The notes beneath the pieces were generated by a model. The model worked only from the letters and a program-made list of their open reading frames with translations, had not been told where the DNA came from and did no database searches. Made by a program: the position numbers and the translations under genes. This document shows positions 10,189 through 20,258 of a stretch of 64,000 nt of DNA, piece by piece (position 1 is the stretch's first letter; every line of letters starts with the position of its first letter). The stretch spans positions 608,001 to 672,000 of the forward strand of contig CAVSTP010000002.1 in NCBI GenBank assembly GCA_963730935.1, read 5' to 3'. The DNA is from an uncultured Nitrospiraceae bacterium. Lineage in GTDB: Bacteria > Nitrospirota > Nitrospiria > Nitrospirales > Nitrospiraceae.

Positions 10189-10294
10189 TTATCCCGCTCG
10201 CTTAAACAAATCAGCGCGTCCCTCTTTCTGGCTGTACTCCGGATTCTTGATCTTGACCCAGTGAGGAGCCTGCGCATTGTACTCGTAAGGGACT
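10189..10294 (-). pseudogene. C-terminal remnant of an ATP-dependent DNA ligase
   Basis: SPYEYNAQAPHWVKIKNPEYSQKEGRADLFKRAG*; WxKxK is ligase motif V; matches 45739-45846. Confidence 0.65.
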
Positions 10295-10573
10295 CTGAGC
10301 CCGTCTCGCAACGCCCCCTCACACAGTGGACCTGACGGCAAAGAGACTTTGTAAGCCTGACGTCGTGCCCAAGCGCGGCGTATTCACAGCCAATCGCCTC
10401 ATTCTGTGGTGGTTACTTGGGGTAGCAGGAGTTTGAAACGCTTGCCCTGCTATTAGATTTAGGATGGAAGCGAACTAATAAACCGCAGGTCAAACCCGTA
10501 AGGGCTAAAAATAGAGAGTAACTTTAACAAACACGTATTTCATCTTCTCATAAGCCAACAGATATTAAGTTTT

Positions 10574-11512
10574 TCACGAGTGCGCCCATTGAGGAAGCCG
10601 ATGTTCTGTAAGCGTTTCTTCGAACAAGTCCCGATTGATTGCCTGTGCGGCAATTGCACCTTGGCCTGCCGCGATGATCATCTGGCAGTTCGCCGTCGTC
10701 ACACAGCCTGCCGCATAGAGGTTGGGAACGCTCGTTCTTGAACAGTGGTCCACCACGATTTGGCCATCAGCAGTTAATTCTGCTCCCACGCTTCTTACGA
10801 GATCGCTATGGCAAATATCGCCCCGAGTCACAAACGCCGCCTCAATGTTAAGGCTTGCACCATTATCGAATCGCAATGCAGTGAGCTGTCCGTCCTCATG
10901 TTCAACTCTGTGGATGCATTCCTTCTGAATCGTGACCTGATATTCCATCAGCCAGCCATGATGGCTGGAATCCCATACCGGGATCTGTCCGTTGGTACAA
11001 ATGGTCACGCTGGGCGAAAACAGCAACATAGCAAGCGCATAATCGGCTGCTTCATTGTTACAGCCGAGGATCACGATTCTTTTTCCTTGAACCCGGTACG
11101 CATCACAATCCTTGCAGAAAAACAGGCTATGACCCAAGCACTCTTTTACGCCAGGAATGTTCGGAGGCAAATGGGTTAAGCCTGTGGCGACGAGCACGCG
11201 CCGTGCCCGATATCGGTGGCCTTGTCCGAACAGCTCAAAGCAGTGCTCGTTGAGTTGCAGCGACTGGATCTCATCGTGCACGATCTCCACATGAAACCTT
11301 CCTACCTGTTTTATTCCTCGGTCAAGAAGTTCACTACCATCAATACCATCGGGAAACCCGAGATAGTTTTGGACATCCGGTTCCCACTTGGCCATGGAAC
11401 GTTCTGAATGGATGAGCACCGGTTTGCGACGCGCGCGTCCGAGATAGATTGCTGCCGATAGACCAGCCAATCCACCCCCCACGATGACCACTTCGAGTTT
11501 CTGGTCTTTCAT
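10574..11512 (-). CDS. thioredoxin-reductase-like NAD(P)/FAD-dependent oxidoreductase
   Basis: IVGGGLAGLSAA FAD motif, VATG, FCKDCD CxxC, TSVPNLYAAG. Confidence 0.85.
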   Translation of the reverse strand: MKDQKLEVVIVGGGLAGLSAAIYLGRARRKPVLIHSERSMAKWEPDVQNYLGFPDGIDGSELLDRGIKQVGRFHVEIVHDEIQSLQLNEHCFELFGQGHRYRARRVLVATGLTHLPPNIPGVKECLGHSLFFCKDCDAYRVQGKRIVILGCNNEAADYALAMLLFSPSVTICTNGQIPVWDSSHHGWLMEYQVTIQKECIHRVEHEDGQLTALRFDNGASLNIEAAFVTRGDICHSDLVRSVGAELTADGQIVVDHCSRTSVPNLYAAGCVTTANCQMIIAAGQGAIAAQAINRDLFEETLTEHRLPQWAHS

Positions 11513-11542
11513 CTCGTCACAGAAGATAAAAGATGCCCTTAC

Positions 11543-11660
11543 CTATGGGTTCATGACGATCTTGATGCAATCATCCTGTTTGCGCAGAAACATGTCGTAG
11601 CCCTTTTGGGGCATCTTCGGAGACGATGTGTGACAACAACACTCGGATCGATGTCTCTCT
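11543..11660 (-). pseudogene. C-terminal remnant of a Zn-dependent (formaldehyde-dehydrogenase-like) alcohol dehydrogenase
   Basis: EDAPKG / YDMFLRKQDDCIKIVMNP* with a frameshift. Confidence 0.55.
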
Positions 11661-11704
11661 TCGTAACACCACATCCTCAACAATGGTGAGCGCTGGTCTC
11701 GGTA

Positions 11705-12280
11705 CTATTTGGGTTGGTCGAGTCCAAGGACATCTGAGACCCTTTCCGCTTTCTTGAGGTGCACTGCCAGGATCGGCAGTGTAGTCTCCGCCCATTGCTT
11801 CAGTCTTGCGTTGTGTGACATCGCCGCATTCTCAAACTCCTTGAGATCTTTTCGATGCTGATTGAGGAGGTAGGCAATGAATGCTTCATCGAATTCTTTG
11901 CCGGATAGATGGGACAATCGCTGCTGTTGTGTTTTATGTTTGGCGTCGAGCTCAACAGGAAGATAGATCCCTTCCTTTGCGGACAGCTCTTTTAGTTCTT
12001 GGCTCGCATACTGATGGTCTTCAGTGATCTCCGCTCCATAGTCCTTCACTTCCTTGCGAGAAGCCTTCTTGATTGCTAACTTCCCAAGCGCAACTACCGC
12101 CAACTGGCCCTGGGCTGCCTTTTGTAAGAACGCCATTTCATTGGCATCTAGTTTTTGAGCGGCCCACAGCGGAGTCGTGGTGAAACAGGTGGCGACGCTC
12201 ACTGCGATGAACAAGTAACGGGCCATTGAGCCTCCATCGATGATCTGGCGACCTTTCTGTACTATGGAACAGCTGATCAT
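11705..12280 (-). CDS. DUF4142 family ferritin-like exported protein
   Basis: FLQKAAQG, VKDYG..I.EDH, LSGKEFDEAF, LPILAVHL. Confidence 0.85.
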   Translation of the reverse strand: MISCSIVQKGRQIIDGGSMARYLFIAVSVATCFTTTPLWAAQKLDANEMAFLQKAAQGQLAVVALGKLAIKKASRKEVKDYGAEITEDHQYASQELKELSAKEGIYLPVELDAKHKTQQQRLSHLSGKEFDEAFIAYLLNQHRKDLKEFENAAMSHNARLKQWAETTLPILAVHLKKAERVSDVLGLDQPK

Positions 12281-12430
12281 GTGAGAAAACTAGTAATGGC
12301 CCAAGAGTAAGCGAGTCTTCCTTGCTGCTTCTGCGTATCCTAGGAGGTGACCTAGGCGCGGTTCTTCTCCTGCCAAGCCATAATGAATCAAATCTACATG
12401 CATCTACACGCAATAAGGAGGGTCTAGCTC

Positions 12431-12964
12431 ATGGGGATATTTACGTCGAATCCATTGTTCGCAATGTTGAAAAAAGACCACGCGAAGGTGAAGGAACTGT
12501 TCGACCAATTCGAAAAGGCCACCGATCGGCGAACAAGAGCGCGCCTTGTTCAAGAAACGTTACTCGAGCTCGATGTACATGCCACGTTGGAAGAACGGCT
12601 CATCTATCCTGCAATTCGTGAAGAAATTGACGCAGAAGATTTAATGGACGAAGCGTTGGAGGAACATCACGTCGCGCACACCCTGATGAACGAATTAAAA
12701 CGTATGTCTCCCGGTGATGATCGGTATGACGCCAAGTTCACGGTCTTAGGTGAAAATATCAAACACCATGTGAAGGAGGAAGAGGGCTCGATGTTCCCCG
12801 AAGCGGAAAAAGCTGATTTAAACTGGGAAGAGTTGGCTCAGCAAGCGATGGAACGGAAGGAAGCGTTAAAGGCAAGAAAAAGCGGCAGTAGGGCAAAAGG
12901 AAAGAGCGCAAGAGCAAAGGCAGGGAGAAAATCACGTGCTCCACAGTTAAGGAAGGCCGCTTAA
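12431..12964 (+). CDS. hemerythrin/HHE cation-binding domain protein
   Basis: LKKDH, HATLEERLIYP, EEHH, HHVKEEE.MFP; basic tail. Confidence 0.9.
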   Translation: MGIFTSNPLFAMLKKDHAKVKELFDQFEKATDRRTRARLVQETLLELDVHATLEERLIYPAIREEIDAEDLMDEALEEHHVAHTLMNELKRMSPGDDRYDAKFTVLGENIKHHVKEEEGSMFPEAEKADLNWEELAQQAMERKEALKARKSGSRAKGKSARAKAGRKSRAPQLRKAA

Positions 12965-13184
12965 CGCCGAAGAGTGGAAGGACTGGCGCGCGCGGGTTAG
13001 CTAAGGAATGTAGGTCGATCCATTTCTCATCCTGTTTTTATGCGATGACATGGTTTGGACCGGTCAATTACCCGTCGTTGTCGGAGAAGCATCCAACGAT
13101 AAGAGACTCGCCTGAGCCGGACTGGAGAGACGAGTCTCGACAATCCTCTCCCGAGTTCAAGATTCCAACACCAAGGAGGTATTC

Positions 13185-13634
13185 ATGAAAACGATCAGCT
13201 TGTGCGGACTATATCTCACTTTTCTCGGGCTCGCCCTTCTTACTAGCTCCGCCGGGCAAGCGGCAGACCCACCAGATGTTCAACCGTTCATTATTCTAAC
13301 TGCGGGTGGAGGAAGCGGCGGCTCTGGCGGTGGATCGGGTGGGGGGTCCGGTGGAGGCACTGGCAGCGGTGGGTCGGGAATGGGGAGTGGAAGTTCCGGA
13401 AGCTCAGGATCGGGGATGGGAAGCGGCAGCCCAAGCGGATCTGGACCAGGACCATCGACCGGAAGCGGGAGCTCGAGCGGATCCGGGTCAGGAATGGGAA
13501 GCGGCAGTTCAAGCGAATCTGGCTCCGGCTCAGGAACGGGAAGCGGTAGCTCGGGGAGTTCGAGTTCCGGCCAGGGATCAGGCAAAACAGGACCGCAATC
13601 GAGTGGCAAACCAGGGAGTGGTACAACCCGTTAA
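13185..13634 (+). CDS. secreted Gly/Ser-rich low-complexity protein
   Basis: AAGGAGG RBS, signal peptide, GSGMGSGS repeats. Confidence 0.65.
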   Translation: MKTISLCGLYLTFLGLALLTSSAGQAADPPDVQPFIILTAGGGSGGSGGGSGGGSGGGTGSGGSGMGSGSSGSSGSGMGSGSPSGSGPGPSTGSGSSSGSGSGMGSGSSSESGSGSGTGSGSSGSSSSGQGSGKTGPQSSGKPGSGTTR

Positions 13635-13710
13635 CAAAATGGTGCTCCGGAGTCGCCATCCACGGGGCTGGCGACTGGCGGATACGCACCACATCAGAAG
13701 ACAAGGAGCA

Positions 13711-13763
13711 TGCGGTTTACGAATTTCCGCAAACCCAAGCTCGGACAACCTAACCCCACAAGA
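13711..13763 (+). repeat. element-end repeat beginning with a tRNA-Thr-like anticodon-arm sequence
   Basis: tgcggtttacgaatttcc...ctcggacaacctaaccccacaaga; similar to 23193-23251 and 37704-37743. Confidence 0.6.
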
Positions 13764-13803
13764 CTGGCCATTGGAACCGTGACCTGGCCGCGGCTTGGTT
13801 GGA

Positions 13804-14580
13804 CTATTTGTATCGAATCGCCGTTCCCACTGTCACCGTATTAACGTATCCGTACCCATAACCAGGGTAAGCGCCATAGGCCGAATATGGCAGATTGTTG
13901 TAGTAGCCTCCTCCCCAATACGGACCATATCCCCACCATCCCGGAGCGAATCCATAACCCCCCGCACCATAGTAAGGACCGTAGTAGCCCCAAGTAGGTC
14001 CGTAATAGCCGCCCCGGTGCCTATAATATGGTCCCCAAGGTCTCCCTCCACCCCAACCCCGATATCCTCCTGAACCAGGACCTCCTCCGCGGCCGCCACG
14101 CGCAAGGACAATTTTGACATCGCCATCACTCCTGGCATCTTGAAGGGACGAGTGTAGGTCGTCAGGGACTGGCTTCTCGTCTGGAGGCGAGGAGGGCGAA
14201 GGGGAGACTTGGTTATCGGGGCGATTGGATTGGTCTTGTGGTCGCAAGCGAAGGGCTCCAAATATCACGGCATCAGCTCCAAGCGTGCCGGCTTTCTCAA
14301 GTATTTTTTCACGCCTTGAGTTCTCGCTCAGCCACAGACTATCCACGGTCAAAATGGCGATTTGCACATGAGGCCGGATGGGCTCCCCTTCGAGCGCTTG
14401 GATGTGTTCAGTTTCGGGAGGAAAGCTTTCAGTGGATAACATCACAACATTAACGCCCGCACACCCAGTTAGGGTGAAAAAAGACAACAACATAGTCGTG
14501 GATACTAACCTTTGTTGAAGTGATCCCAATAGTGACCCAAGGCGGCAAGGGTCTAAGCAGGGATTGACAGTAAGGTGCAT
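13804..14580 (-). CDS. putative lipoprotein with Gly/Tyr-rich insert
   Basis: LTGC lipobox, KAGTLGADAVI motif, GY-rich segment, closing VGTAIRY. Confidence 0.6.
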   Translation of the reverse strand: MHLTVNPCLDPCRLGSLLGSLQQRLVSTTMLLSFFTLTGCAGVNVVMLSTESFPPETEHIQALEGEPIRPHVQIAILTVDSLWLSENSRREKILEKAGTLGADAVIFGALRLRPQDQSNRPDNQVSPSPSSPPDEKPVPDDLHSSLQDARSDGDVKIVLARGGRGGGPGSGGYRGWGGGRPWGPYYRHRGGYYGPTWGYYGPYYGAGGYGFAPGWWGYGPYWGGGYYNNLPYSAYGAYPGYGYGYVNTVTVGTAIRYK

Positions 14581-14792
14581 GTGAAACTCCCTTCAGAGCA
14601 TAACTTAACAAGATTAAGAAGCCATTAAAGGCATCTTAGAGAGTTGGTTCGTGTAGCGAGTTCCCCTGAGCGATCGACCGGTAGAGTCAGCGTCGCAATC
14701 GTGTCTCTCAGGGGTAAGGAGTGAAGCGGCCAAGAAAGAAGATGCCTTATATCAAGGCAACAGAGGACGACTGATTGGCCCCGATGAGATTC

Positions 14793-16370
14793 TCAACCTG
14801 CAACGCTCTTTTCAAAGCCTGGAAGAATCGCCTTGAAGAAGGCATTTTGCACGAGCTTTCCGATAATCTGCCACGTATCTTCCTTTGGATTCTCCACGGG
14901 ACCTGTGACACTGGTTTCGGTAGCCACTTGTCCTGTCGAGCTGCTTTTGAAGAGAGCCAGTACCCCTCCGACAACCGCTTCGTACATTTTGTGCGACGCC
15001 GCCTTATCTTTATCTTGCTCGGGATCATATACTTCGACATCCTTCAAGAATGGTTTGACATAGCCGTCGATGTGATTGTTTTTCACTGTCATTTCGCTAA
15101 AGAAGGCAAACGTGCCTCCTGTCGTATCGAGCTGTCCGTAAGCTCGTAAGAGTTGATTGAGCGTCTGGACTTGCGTCTTGACGATGCGCACGTGAAGGTC
15201 GAAATCAGGGTTCGGTTTCTCGGGTCGGAATGAGCCCGTGACGGTCGTCGGACCGGTGCCCATAAATTTCCCGGTAAGTTTCATCTGTCCCATTCCCTCC
15301 TCCGGTCGATTGCTGAAATGGTCGACATCGAGATCCAAGTCGGAGAAAAACACCCGATAATCCGGCGACGACGCTTTATTGATGAAGCCGACATCGCTGT
15401 GCAGTATCTTGCCGTGGGCAACTTTCAACACGAGCGTAGGATCTTGATGGGCTTCCTTCACCTTCTCTGCCCCTTTCTTCGCACGTGCGGCTTCCTTCTG
15501 CTTCGTCTGAGCCGTATGGACATAATCGGCCTTGACGCCCTCAAGAGTAAATTGGTTGATGTCGATCACGGTCGTATTGCCTGAGTGTTGCACATGACCA
15601 ATCACATCAAGGGCGCCTTGCTGTAGTTGCACATTGTACTGTCCGGATACCGGCATCAAGTTTGTTAACGAGAAATGTTTGATTTGGATCTCTCCTTTGA
15701 CGCGGGGGTCAGGCTTGGCCAGAAAATCCGCACGGCCATTCAGGGCGAGCTCTGCCTGGTCGGGAAGTCGCCCGCTGACCCGGAGCACGGAAGGATACAC
15801 GTCGTCGCCGGCTGGCCGGTTCGTCACATTGTCTGCCACAATCTCAAATTCTTCTATACGCATGGGAGCCACGGACGGCTTACTGGTGTAGGTGATCTCG
15901 CCTTGTGAAATAGAGAGCGATAGACGCACCGGCATCATGCCTCGTATCGTGTCTTGCCATGCAGCGGCCTCCTCTTTGATTTCTTCTTTATCCTCGGTAT
16001 GCATGACCTTGTCGACCTGTTCACCTGTGGCAGAGAGAACAGGGCGCTCGATGCGCAAATCTACGTCCAGAGTCCCCGTCAATAAAGGCAAAAAACGAGC
16101 ATCCGCCAGCAGGCTGGGAATCGTCGCAAGCGGTGGTTCAGGATGTGCGCGTTGGCGCACTACGAGATCGTTTACTTCTAGCGCCAACCTGAAAGGATGA
16201 ATGTGAATGGTGCCGATCCGGACGTCATAATCCGCTAGTCGCTGGGTTGCCTGGTCTTCCGCATAACGTTTGAGAGGACCTGTGAGAAGGACAGTGGCCA
16301 GCATGAGCGTCACGACGATAAGACCGACGATGAATCCCCCGATCGCCCACCACCGATGCCTTCGTAACAT
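14793..16370 (-). CDS. DUF748 / AsmA-like domain protein
   Basis: N-terminal TM; C-terminal GYVKPFLKDV..Y, NAFFKAILPG. Confidence 0.8.
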   Translation of the reverse strand: MLRRHRWWAIGGFIVGLIVVTLMLATVLLTGPLKRYAEDQATQRLADYDVRIGTIHIHPFRLALEVNDLVVRQRAHPEPPLATIPSLLADARFLPLLTGTLDVDLRIERPVLSATGEQVDKVMHTEDKEEIKEEAAAWQDTIRGMMPVRLSLSISQGEITYTSKPSVAPMRIEEFEIVADNVTNRPAGDDVYPSVLRVSGRLPDQAELALNGRADFLAKPDPRVKGEIQIKHFSLTNLMPVSGQYNVQLQQGALDVIGHVQHSGNTTVIDINQFTLEGVKADYVHTAQTKQKEAARAKKGAEKVKEAHQDPTLVLKVAHGKILHSDVGFINKASSPDYRVFFSDLDLDVDHFSNRPEEGMGQMKLTGKFMGTGPTTVTGSFRPEKPNPDFDLHVRIVKTQVQTLNQLLRAYGQLDTTGGTFAFFSEMTVKNNHIDGYVKPFLKDVEVYDPEQDKDKAASHKMYEAVVGGVLALFKSSSTGQVATETSVTGPVENPKEDTWQIIGKLVQNAFFKAILPGFEKSVAG

Positions 16371-16385
16371 GAGCTTGCCTTCTTC

Positions 16386-17336
16386 TTATGCGCTTCGTTT
16401 TAAACTTGGGGCTCGATCCGCCGGTGTCGCTTTTTTCGGGCTGACCACCGTCGCATTCTCACTCGGCTGAATATGTTCCCCAAATCGATTGGCATACACT
16501 TGCGTGAATTCGGCTCCGAACAACAGGATTTGGGCGGAGTAGTACACCCAGACGAGCATTACCACCAGAGAGCCGGCGGCACCAAAACCACTGGCGACCT
16601 GGCTTTTGCCAAGATAAAGACCGATGGCGAATTTTCCGATGGTGAACAACAAAGAGGTGATAGCCGCTCCCATCCAGACGTCCGGCCAAGCAATGCGGGC
16701 TTCAGGCAAAATTTTGAAGATCATGGCGAACAGGCCCGTGATGACCGCAAACGATAAGAAGAAATTGACGATCTGGAGAACCACCTCTGGCACCGGCAAG
16801 AGGTTGCCGAACCATTTGCCCATTGCGGCTAATGCCGCGCTTAAAAGCAGCGACACGAGGAGCAAAAAGGCGGTTCCCAACACGGTCGCAAAGGACAAAA
16901 AGTTATCTTTGACGAATCCCCAGATCCCGCGGCCCTCTTTCGCCTCTACGCCCCAGACGGTGTCGAGGGCGGCCTTCAGCTGTCCAAAAAGGCCTGCCGC
17001 ACCGGACAGGAGCACGACCACCGCAATCAGCGTGGAGACAAGACCCGTGGAAGGGGTCTCCGCTCGTTCAATCATGTCTTTGATAGCGGCGGCACTCTGC
17101 TCTCCCACCAAATTGCTGAGTTGCTCGATGATGGCACCCTGCGCCGCTTCCTGCCCAAACACCAGGCCAATAATCCCGATGATGACGATGAGAAGCGGCA
17201 CGATGGAAAAGACGGTGTAGTAGGCTAGAGCGGCACCCAGACGAGGAGCTTTATCATGGCTCCAATCTGCTGCGGCGGCCTTGAGCAAAATCCAGAATTC
17301 TTTTGGCCGAAAGGCCGTATACCAAGGAAGAGTCAT
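16386..17336 (-). CDS. YihY/virulence factor BrkB family membrane protein
   Basis: AALAYYTVFS..PLL, FGAAGSLVV.LVWVYYSAQILLFGAEF. Confidence 0.92.
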   Translation of the reverse strand: MTLPWYTAFRPKEFWILLKAAAADWSHDKAPRLGAALAYYTVFSIVPLLIVIIGIIGLVFGQEAAQGAIIEQLSNLVGEQSAAAIKDMIERAETPSTGLVSTLIAVVVLLSGAAGLFGQLKAALDTVWGVEAKEGRGIWGFVKDNFLSFATVLGTAFLLLVSLLLSAALAAMGKWFGNLLPVPEVVLQIVNFFLSFAVITGLFAMIFKILPEARIAWPDVWMGAAITSLLFTIGKFAIGLYLGKSQVASGFGAAGSLVVMLVWVYYSAQILLFGAEFTQVYANRFGEHIQPSENATVVSPKKATPADRAPSLKRSA

Positions 17337-17940
17337 AAAGTATGTTCTTTCTGATTTTCGGGCTGAGTGGAATTTCTATGCCTCGCTTGGCAGCAACTAA
17401 TCGTACCTATCATGTCTTCCAGGTGAACTCTGCTGGTCGATAGGCGTACCTTTGGCGCGCAAAAATAATCCCATTTGAAAATCCCCTTAAGTGGCCGGAT
17501 GTGATTGTTTGAGACTGTGCGGGAATATTTCTCTATACTAGCGGCGAACCCGTCAATCCAACACTAGCAGTCCCCCTCGGATACATTAGCTGTAGTCCCT
17601 CGCATTCGTGGGTCGATGCCAAACTGTCACCGGGTGCAAAGCTGGTCAAAACTGCTCAGGCGTAATGATCAGCGTGCGGAAAGAGAACTGTTTTGAACAG
17701 ACCGCACCCGGACTTTTGGTGGATGGTCCGAACACCTTAGCAAAAGAATCCACTTCTCCCCTGAGCGGAGGACGTCGATTATGTCCACCTGCAATATCTG
17801 TCACACCGATGCGTGCTTGGGGCGCTGCATCTTTATTGTCTATTGAAAGATCAAATATCGGCATACAACTATTTAGGGCCGTGCATTTACAAATAGCAGG
17901 CACACGAAAGGAGTGATTAGGACAATCGACCCTTGTGCGC

Positions 17941-18108
17941 TCAAGCGGCGGCAGCCATCGGTCGCGCCTTGGCACATTCCGAACACCATCGCAGTCCGCA
18001 GTTGATGCAGACAAATTGCTCGACGGTGAGTCCGGTCGGCACTTCGATCGCTGTCTCGATTCGAAGTGAGCCTTCGCACGTCCTGCATCGAACAAATTCA
18101 GTATCCAT
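17941..18108 (-). CDS. 55-aa Zn-ribbon microprotein (below ORF-track cutoff)
   Basis: MDTEFVRCRTCEGSLRIETAIEVPTGLTVEQFVCINCGLRWCSECAKARPMAAAA*. Confidence 0.55.
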   Translation of the reverse strand: MDTEFVRCRTCEGSLRIETAIEVPTGLTVEQFVCINCGLRWCSECAKARPMAAAA

Positions 18109-18400
18109 ACAACAAAGGATATGCCGAATCTAACCCGATATCTGTCCCAATTTGCTCATGTGAATTGCAGTGAGAGGTCTGGGTTGCGGAGTTGTGGAAT
18201 TCTGTCTGGGGCTGGCACTGCAGGAGGTCCTGCCCTCGCCTTCGGTATCCCAGTCCAGCAGCACCGATTAACCGAAATATACGAAATAACAATTAGCTTT
18301 TGAGACTTCCTCTATGGCGGGTGGGAGTCTTGAAAGCGATGCCGGAGTCTTTCCGCTTCGAACCCGACGTCCAGCCAAAAGGAAGGCCGCGGAGACTTGT

Positions 18401-18823
18401 TCAAGCGGGCAAGATAGAGGCTATTGCGTTTTGAATCGCCATATCGAGGTCCCTTGCTGAGTGTTGCTGTTTGTGCAAACAGGCAAAAGCACCATTGTGC
18501 AATACCAAGTCATGTAGGTTGGGATATGGCAGCTTAGTGAGGACAACGACAGCGACCGAGGGCCGGTGACGATTGGGAATTAACGTGAACAGCGCTTCAA
18601 AGCCTGACTCCCCAGACAAGTCCAAGTCTAAGATTACACAATCAATCTTTTGAGATTGGTACAGGTGCAGGCCCGATTTGATGTCTGTGGCCGTTAACGT
18701 CGAATAGGCGGGCGAACATTTCCTCAGACCATGTGACCAAAAATCCAGGTCCGCTGGATTATCATCAATGAAAAGAACCGTAGTCTGAAGAGAGGCCACT
18801 TCGGGAGGCGCGGAAGGGGTCAC
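18401..18823 (-). CDS. stand-alone response regulator receiver
   Basis: VLFIDD, CVILDLDL, VLT, K. Confidence 0.8.
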   Translation of the reverse strand: MTPSAPPEVASLQTTVLFIDDNPADLDFWSHGLRKCSPAYSTLTATDIKSGLHLYQSQKIDCVILDLDLSGESGFEALFTLIPNRHRPSVAVVVLTKLPYPNLHDLVLHNGAFACLHKQQHSARDLDMAIQNAIASILPA

Positions 18824-18932
18824 TTAGGAACCGCCTTTCTTCACCTAGAGTCCAATATGTAAGGGCAATAGGGTCGAAAGTATGATCTTTTGAATTCTGA
18901 AGATCAAGTATCTCCAAAAGAGCCTAAGCTGC

Positions 18933-19133
18933 TTAAGTGGTCGGCCTTGACGGTGGTGTCTGCTTTAGGGGTGGGTCTTGCTTTATCGGCGGCCGATCAA
19001 AGTGCAGACCGCACGCTTCACACACGTAATGGCCTGTGAGATATCGATCTTTTGTAGAGGTTTCAAGAAGGAGTCGAGGGTGCACACAGGGTGCATCGCT
19101 GGACACAGCACGAGGATCAGCAGAGGACGCCAT
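18933..19133 (-). CDS. small Cys/His Zn-ribbon-like protein
   Basis: CVH...TGHYVCEACG. Confidence 0.45.
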   Translation of the reverse strand: MASSADPRAVSSDAPCVHPRLLLETSTKDRYLTGHYVCEACGLHFDRPPIKQDPPLKQTPPSRPTT

Positions 19134-19322
19134 GGGGCGCACAATCGCATATTTGTTTGCCATGCACAAGGCGACTTGTAGGCAAGTGCCTACGCAGCGT
19201 GCGATTTTGTTGCTAGAGACTCTTCTGGACATCAAAAGCGCTCGATGCGTGATAGTCTAATCTTATCCTTCCTTCAGTCATTGACGGCTTTCCTTCAATC
19301 CATAAGTTCTTTAGGGAAACGC

Positions 19323-19691
19323 ATGCAAAGAGCTTTTCAACCAGATGACTTGATGACGATACTCGACGGTATTGACGATGCCGTCGTAAAGCTCGATGGT
19401 CAAGGTAACTTCTTGGCCATGAATCGGGCAGCAGCTACTATCTATGAACGATTAGGACTCGACTTCTTTCGGGACATGAAAGGGAAATCCGTTTGGGATT
19501 TGTTTCCAGAGTTCAAAGGTACTCTCGTTGAGCGGGAACTACGTTCGGTGATCGATCACCACATGCAGGTAAGTTTCGAGTTTTACGACCCCAAAGACCA
19601 GCGTTGGTACGAAAAAAAGGGCTATCCCGCTCCGCCGGGGGCTATCTTGGTGTTTCGAGACATCACGGACAAGAAGACTTCGACAACGTAA
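19323..19691 (+). CDS. stand-alone PAS domain protein
   Basis: ILDGIDDAV..LD, MNRAA, GKSVWDLFP, FRDIT (ORF extends to 19245). Confidence 0.85.
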   Translation: MQRAFQPDDLMTILDGIDDAVVKLDGQGNFLAMNRAAATIYERLGLDFFRDMKGKSVWDLFPEFKGTLVERELRSVIDHHMQVSFEFYDPKDQRWYEKKGYPAPPGAILVFRDITDKKTSTT

Positions 19692-19711
19692 GGAAAGACC
19701 CTTCGAAGCAT

Positions 19712-19764
19712 TGGCGGAGAGGGTAGGATTCGAACCTACGGTCCGGGTTGAGCCGGACAGCAGC
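19712..19764 (-). repeat. tRNA-Ser 3' fragment (att relic)
   Basis: reverse complement ctgctgtccggctcaacccggaccgtaggttcgaatcctaccctctccgcca: long variable arm, T-arm, G discriminator plus CCA; no 5' half. Confidence 0.75.
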
Positions 19765-20176
19765 CATATCTGACGCCACGACCGTTCTTCTCATCGACGA
19801 CGATCCCCACTACCGTGTTTATTACGCACAGCGCCTCCATGCATCGTCATCAAATTACGATGTGGTCGAAGCAGTTACTGGCCGACTTGGGTTAGACATC
19901 TGCGCAAGGCAACCAATTGATTGTGTCGTACTTGAGATTGACCTGCCGGACATGTCTGGTTTTGAGGTGTTGGCAAAGCTCGTTCCCCGTGCCTATCATC
20001 CCGAGATCGCCGTGATCGTCCTGACAAGGCTCCCCAATCCATTCCTGTTAGACGTCGCAATCAAGAACGGCGCACAGGCCGCATTGCAAAAGGGGGTGGG
20101 AAGCGGAGACCTTCTCGAACACTCCATCCGCAAGGCCATTTCGACAGTGGTAGTTCGAAACAGACTTGTTAGTTGA
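19748..20176 (+). CDS. stand-alone receiver domain with Asp-to-Glu at the phospho-acceptor (paralogue of 18401-18823)
   Basis: VLLIDDD, CVVLEIDLPDMSG; 5' end overlaps the tRNA-Ser relic. Confidence 0.75.
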   Translation: MSRTAAISDATTVLLIDDDPHYRVYYAQRLHASSSNYDVVEAVTGRLGLDICARQPIDCVVLEIDLPDMSGFEVLAKLVPRAYHPEIAVIVLTRLPNPFLLDVAIKNGAQAALQKGVGSGDLLEHSIRKAISTVVVRNRLVS

Positions 20177-20258
20177 TACGTAGTTGATCGTAATTCCTTT
20201 GAATCGTTTACGCACACTGTGAAAAAGGCGTTAACTACACGCCTGTCGGAGCGACTAT

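Noticed and set aside
10418..10440. tRNA-Pro-like fragment (ggggtagcagga-tttgaa)
   Set aside because: Too short and degenerate to distinguish from chance.
13300..13630. CRISPR array or tandem DNA repeat
   Set aside because: The repeats are synonymous-codon-variable Gly/Ser coding sequence; no constant repeat-spacer pattern or cas genes were seen anywhere in the window.
18315..18372. tRNA/tmRNA 3' fragment (tggcgggtggga...ttcgaacccg)
   Set aside because: Spacing between the acceptor-like and T-loop-like parts is wrong and no consistent stem forms.
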